64,000 bases of DNA from the human T2T-CHM13v2.0 reference genome, Homo sapiens. Each line of letters starts with the position of its first letter. Positions within the stretch are counted from its first letter, which is position 1. Of the stretch, positions 59,312 through 64,000 are shown piece after piece. The translations under genes were made by a program, and so were the position numbers. The stretch spans positions 23,904,001 through 23,968,000 of the forward strand of contig CP086569.2 in the NCBI GenBank assembly GCA_009914755.4. Reading direction: 5' to 3'. The notes below the pieces were generated by a model. That model saw only the letters and a program-made list of their open reading frames with translations, ran no database searches and had not been told where the DNA came from.

Positions 59312-62300
59312 GCGTTTACTTAGGATTGGCCCACAGCTACATCCATACTGGACAGATGTTTTTAACTCTAAATGCAATGTTGAATTGTCTATTATTTCTT
59401 TGCTATGCAGATTATCTTGCATGAGCATTCAAAAACATGTTTATAGTTTGAACTTCTTATGTCTATTGTTTTCTACTACAAAATGTACTGTCTACAGATG
59501 GAAAGTTCTGTCTTTGGTGAGTGGCAAGGAATTGCTCACAACAATCAGTTACATACAGAGACATACTACACATGTTGGGAAGGGATAGATTACACTTATC
59601 AAAATATGTACAGGAGCAATCCTTATCTAGGGATTCCAAATGATCATACTCAATAGCTGGCCCATTCACAAGACTTGGTCAATGTAAAATACTGCTACTT
59701 TTTTCTCCCTTATGTTTCCCCACTTTCTCTATTGGCATCTTTGTGAAAGCAAGGTGGCACGCTGCCTTATCGTTGCTGCTCCTCATTACCCTCAACTGAC
59801 AGCAAGGAAAGCAGGCAAGGCGATTAAGCAATGTGGCAGCCCATTTTTATCAGTTTACCTTTAAAAAAAAGCCAAGAAAAATTTAGTGAAGAGGGGGCTA
59901 GAGGTGCTTTATAACGAGAGGGAAATGCTGTGGAGTATTTATTTTTAAGAGTCAATGACTTCCTTGCCAGACAGGTACTACCAATTCTGAAGTTATTTTG
60001 AATTAAAGGTAATCTGATTTTAGAAAAAGAAAAAAACCAACATGCAGAATACACTTAAGGAAGTGACCAACCTTTTTAGAGCTGCTTGATTTCACCATAA
60101 CTTGAACTTTTTACAAAAAAGTGCTTAACTGTTATTTTTCAATTCCAAAGATTTTTGTGGTAATAATTTAATAGGAAACTAGAAACAAGCTGGTGTAAAG
60201 CAACTATCTTAAACCATATGTAGTCTAGTTTTGGGGTCTGAAAATACTGAAAACCTACTAGCTTGATCAGCTAGAACCAAATATTCTGGATAATCGTTAG
60301 TATGTACATAACCATAAATATATGCATATATAGACACATATGTACACATATATACACATAGGCACATAAAAGAATTACTAATTTTTTGCCTATTATTGGA
60401 CACTAAACATCACAATTTAATCTTTGGTGATGCAGAAAGCACTGTTTGCTATCCTGCGTATCCTTGGAGTCAACTTTCTGGTTATGAATCAGCAAGCTTA
60501 CTAACTAATGAAATACAAGAGTGTCTGAGGAGTTTCCTCTCCACTGGACTCAGCTTATAGAACTGAGTACTAACACTAAAGCTAGAAGAAGCGGTACTGA
60601 TTTTTTTTTTTATGGTATCCACAGGAAGTACCTGCAATATAAAAAAATTAAGCTCCCTTAGGCAACTGCAATACCCCGAAATAAATGATCTAGAGACTAG
60701 GCCCAAAGTGTACAGTAGACAAAATGCTTCATAGGGTCCAAAATGTGAGGGACCTTAGCCGTGAGATAGCAGAGTCGGATGTGTTCATCAGCATTCCTAG
60801 TCTGCACTGCTGTTGATGCACCTCTTAAACTTATCTTTGTACCTACATTTGCTTTTATGGGCTAACTCAGACAGATTAGTATACTGAACTTTATACTTCT
60901 GCATTTTAAGAATCTAAAGCTTGTTATACGAATTTAAACCTTGTTACACAGTTCCCACGCAACTCCCCACCATTTTACATTATTACATCGGAAAGCCAAA
61001 AACACATTTGAAGAAAAAAAGTTTATTTTTATTCATTTATGCAAAGACAGTATCAGCAATAGGTAGTAGGAACATTTTTCTCAGTTTAGAATTAATTTTC
61101 CATTTTGAAAGGGACTTAATATCTTCTTTACCTTACTCTATTAAATACTTCAACAAAGACAAAAATTTATTCCTTTACTTTTCCTTAAGGTCATATCGGA
61201 ATAATTAGAATTAACTCTTTAGAATGTAGGTATCATTTACAGAAATCTGGAGATTTAATCACAGAATGATGTATGTCGGAATGTTAAAAGCACTAAAAAA
61301 ACTATGGATAATTTTTTAATGGACAAAGTCATGGTGCTTTCAATTTCTGAGGTGTAATAAAGCCTTCTTGGGAATTCTAAAGTTTAAAGACTGTATCCTT
61401 CGGATTCCGAATGAAAATTTTGAGAAATCATAGACCCCAGTGGGCATTAGTAATATGGCCCATAGTAACGACATTAACTTAGAGTCTCCACGTTTTAGGG
61501 AAGAAGCCATTGAAAGAAGGGCCAGAAAGCCACTTTAAACACATGTCCATGGCAGATCAAATGATACTGATACAAATGTTTCCCTTAGAAAGGTATTATA
61601 TCCCATTGCTACCATTCCACGGCTTGGCCTTTGAACTGCTCATACAGCTACTTCCATTCTTTACATCACCAGTTCTAAGAGCAAACCTCCTGAAAGACTA
61701 GTAAAAGAGGCTGGGAAAACAAGACTGTGAGTATAGCAAAAGGGCTCTGGTGCTCTAGCTGTGTGGTCACAATATAAAATGAGGACACTACCTAATCTAG
61801 AAACAACATGCCTCTTCTGGACATATTTTATTTTACAGAAGGAAATATAACAGGCTAAAAAACAAAAATAAAAATCTATTTATAGCAAGTAACTAATACT
61901 TCAATGTTTTTATAAAAACAATTCCTTTCAGATACTCCGATTAACCTTTGAGTGACATAAAAAAGCTGCAGCGTTCTTTAATACCAGTATTTTGCAAATT
62001 TCACATACAGCCATTAAGTTTAGCATTTCAAGGAACAATTTTTTTTATAAAAAAGAATGGTAACTCATTGAGAAGGTTATATACCCAGTAAAGTTTAGTT
62101 TGTCTTGGATTCTTTAAAAAATTAGGCCCAGAATTTTAGTTATCCTAACTACTATCCCAATCAAATTGGACATACATATGTGGATTCTAGATAAAAGATA
62201 AAATACTTTGAATAAACATTATGACTCACTGATTGGACTGTTTGCTTAGAATCTGTTTTACTGGGTTTGGATAAGACTTCAATAAAGCTAACTATACATT

Positions 62301-63909
62301 GAGTTCCACTGATTAAAAATGCAGTTTTAAAAATTCTGCTTTTGAGGTAAATTTCTAGATAAATCATAAATGCAAAGCTCAATACTGAAATATTGTACTG
62401 TTCACAGGTACTTCTTGGAGAAGTGAAATGCTTGTGTTCAGACTATCAAAATTGTTAGCTTTCAAATCAGGTTTTAAAAACTTTTTTGAAAGTCAGTATT
62501 TGCTTTTAAACACTTAAAATGCAAGTTTCAATTTTTTAAAAATCCTTGCAGATAAATCTTAACATTCTTTCAGTCTCGATTATTTGTTACTTTAAACTAT
62601 ATATTAAACACAGAACCAGGTTCTAAATAAACATCTAATGAAGAACAGTTTCAGTGTTAAGATAAAACTAGAGAGTCTAATAATACAAGTTATACAGAAA
62701 GTTTCAGTGTGATTTACCAAAATTCAGAATTTCTGTAATAGTGGAAAACTTTTAGCTTAATATTCAAAACCAGCAACTTCCCATGAAACTAGATAGCTGA
62801 GAGGATCCAACAGATTTAAATACTGCCAAACTTCTTCTAAAGCGATGCACTCTTTTACCCTGGAAAAGACAGAAATAGTCCTTTTATTTTACTGAAAATT
62901 TCTGATGACTACTATGGATCTGAAAGTTGTCAAAACTTAAACCATTTGTTTTGGGTTTAAACATTATAAATAATGAGAAAAAAAGATGATTCTTTTCAGG
63001 AAGCATATTTGAACACTGGGATAACAAATGTACCAAGATGGCTAGTTTTATTAAACAGTTAAAAAAAGAAATCAATAATTAAATAAAACAAATTCCAGTA
63101 AACTGAGAAATAAAAGGACTTAAACTCAGTATCATTTTATGTACTTCTTAGTTAATAATTTTGCAGTAATGTCCCAAAGACAGCTGGTAGAAAATGTAAT
63201 TGTAAAGAATACTTTTTTCACTAATTGAACTGCATTTAATACCAACTACAGCTTGCGAACTGCTCTCCAATCTGAAATTTCGTGTTTTTAGATTAAAATA
63301 TGTAAGTTTTGGCATTTGAAGAACATATCATTAACCTGTGAAGACATATCATTCTTTAGAAAGGAAGATAAAACTTTAAAATACATGCAAAACTTTCTTT
63401 TCACTCTATGTTGCCTGCAGACGTGCAGAGAGAAGTGAGAGGTCTTACAAGGAGGAATGGGAATGAGTGAACGAGTAATAACATTTCCTTTTCTACAAAG
63501 CTGTGCCCTTTTTTTAAGACTTCAGTTTCATTTTCATATAAATAAAAGTGGCTTCTGGAAGTTACCTCATCTGTCAAAAGAGTGATAATCAATTTAGGTT
63601 AAAATCTAGAAAACTGGTCACCAACATGTATATTCAGAGGTCATGTAGGAAACAAGATTGTGAAAGGGCTAGATAACTAAGACAATGAAGAGAAATCGGC
63701 TATGGAAATTGTAAATACATTCAAAAATATCTCAGGCATTCTAATTCAATATAACAACGTGCAGTCAATTAAAATAGGTCTAAATGTCAGACAACTGCAG
63801 GATGCCAACTTCTGATTCCTCTCCCAAATAAGCAGAAAACTCTGGAAGTTTCAAAGCGAGTCTTTTGTCTACCACCAGGTGAGAACTCAAGTTTAAAAAA
63901 ATATTTTCT

Positions 63910-64000
63910 GGGCTGGACATGGTGGCATACGCCTGTAATCCCAGCACTTTGGGAGGCTGAGGCAGGAGGATCACTTGAGCCCAGGAGTTCAAGACGAGCC
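63910..64000 (+). mobile_element. Alu SINE 5' part, truncated by the window end
   Basis: gggctggacatggtggcatacgcctgtaatcccagcactttgggaggctgaggcaggaggatcacttgagcccaggagttcaagacgagcc. Confidence 0.85.

Noticed and set aside
56270-63900. A long AT-rich unique region that might contain regulatory or exonic sequence, for example the conserved-looking GC-richer patch at 57760-58030 and 59700-59830
   Set aside because: No ORF, motif cluster or repeat structure is interpretable from sequence alone. Evaluating it would need conservation or epigenomic tracks.

Overview
This window is primate (human-type) nuclear DNA, not a prokaryotic locus. It contains Alu SINEs (including AluY-like copies that keep their CpGs), many LINE-1 fragments (among them a young L1PA insertion and a roughly 6-kb older L1 that is nearly full length), MIR fragments, a MaLR LTR and a MADE1 remnant. 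It also has large purine/pyrimidine microsatellites that grew from Alu poly(A) tails. The main structure is a minus-strand HERV9 (ERV9) provirus at about 9012-18001. It is flanked by LTR12 LTRs with the characteristic CCAAT-containing roughly 40-bp U3 tandem repeats. It has a tRNA-Arg-type primer-binding site and decayed gag/protease/RT/RNase H reading frames. IN/env appears to be deleted, and the 3' LTR lacks its R-U5 end. I find no tRNA or rRNA gene, no CRISPR array, no operon and no gene-island system, and I would not call any of these. All ORFs of 100 aa or more in the six-frame track fall in repeats or low-complexity DNA and are not cellular genes. I cannot support any cellular exon from sequence alone. 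The repeat-free stretches (about 18.6-23.6 kb, 40.2-41.9 kb and 56.3-63.9 kb) show no convincing coding signal. The things worth a second look are structural and regulatory. They are the two LTRs of one provirus differing strongly (R-U5 loss, U3 repeat number, a G-rich insertion, CpG retention), an unclassified 1.7-kb array of roughly 72-bp repeats, long GGAA, CTT/CCT and ACT microsatellites, a twin-primed L1PA insertion, and a perfect 17-bp hairpin. All coordinates are read by eye and are approximate to about 10 bp.
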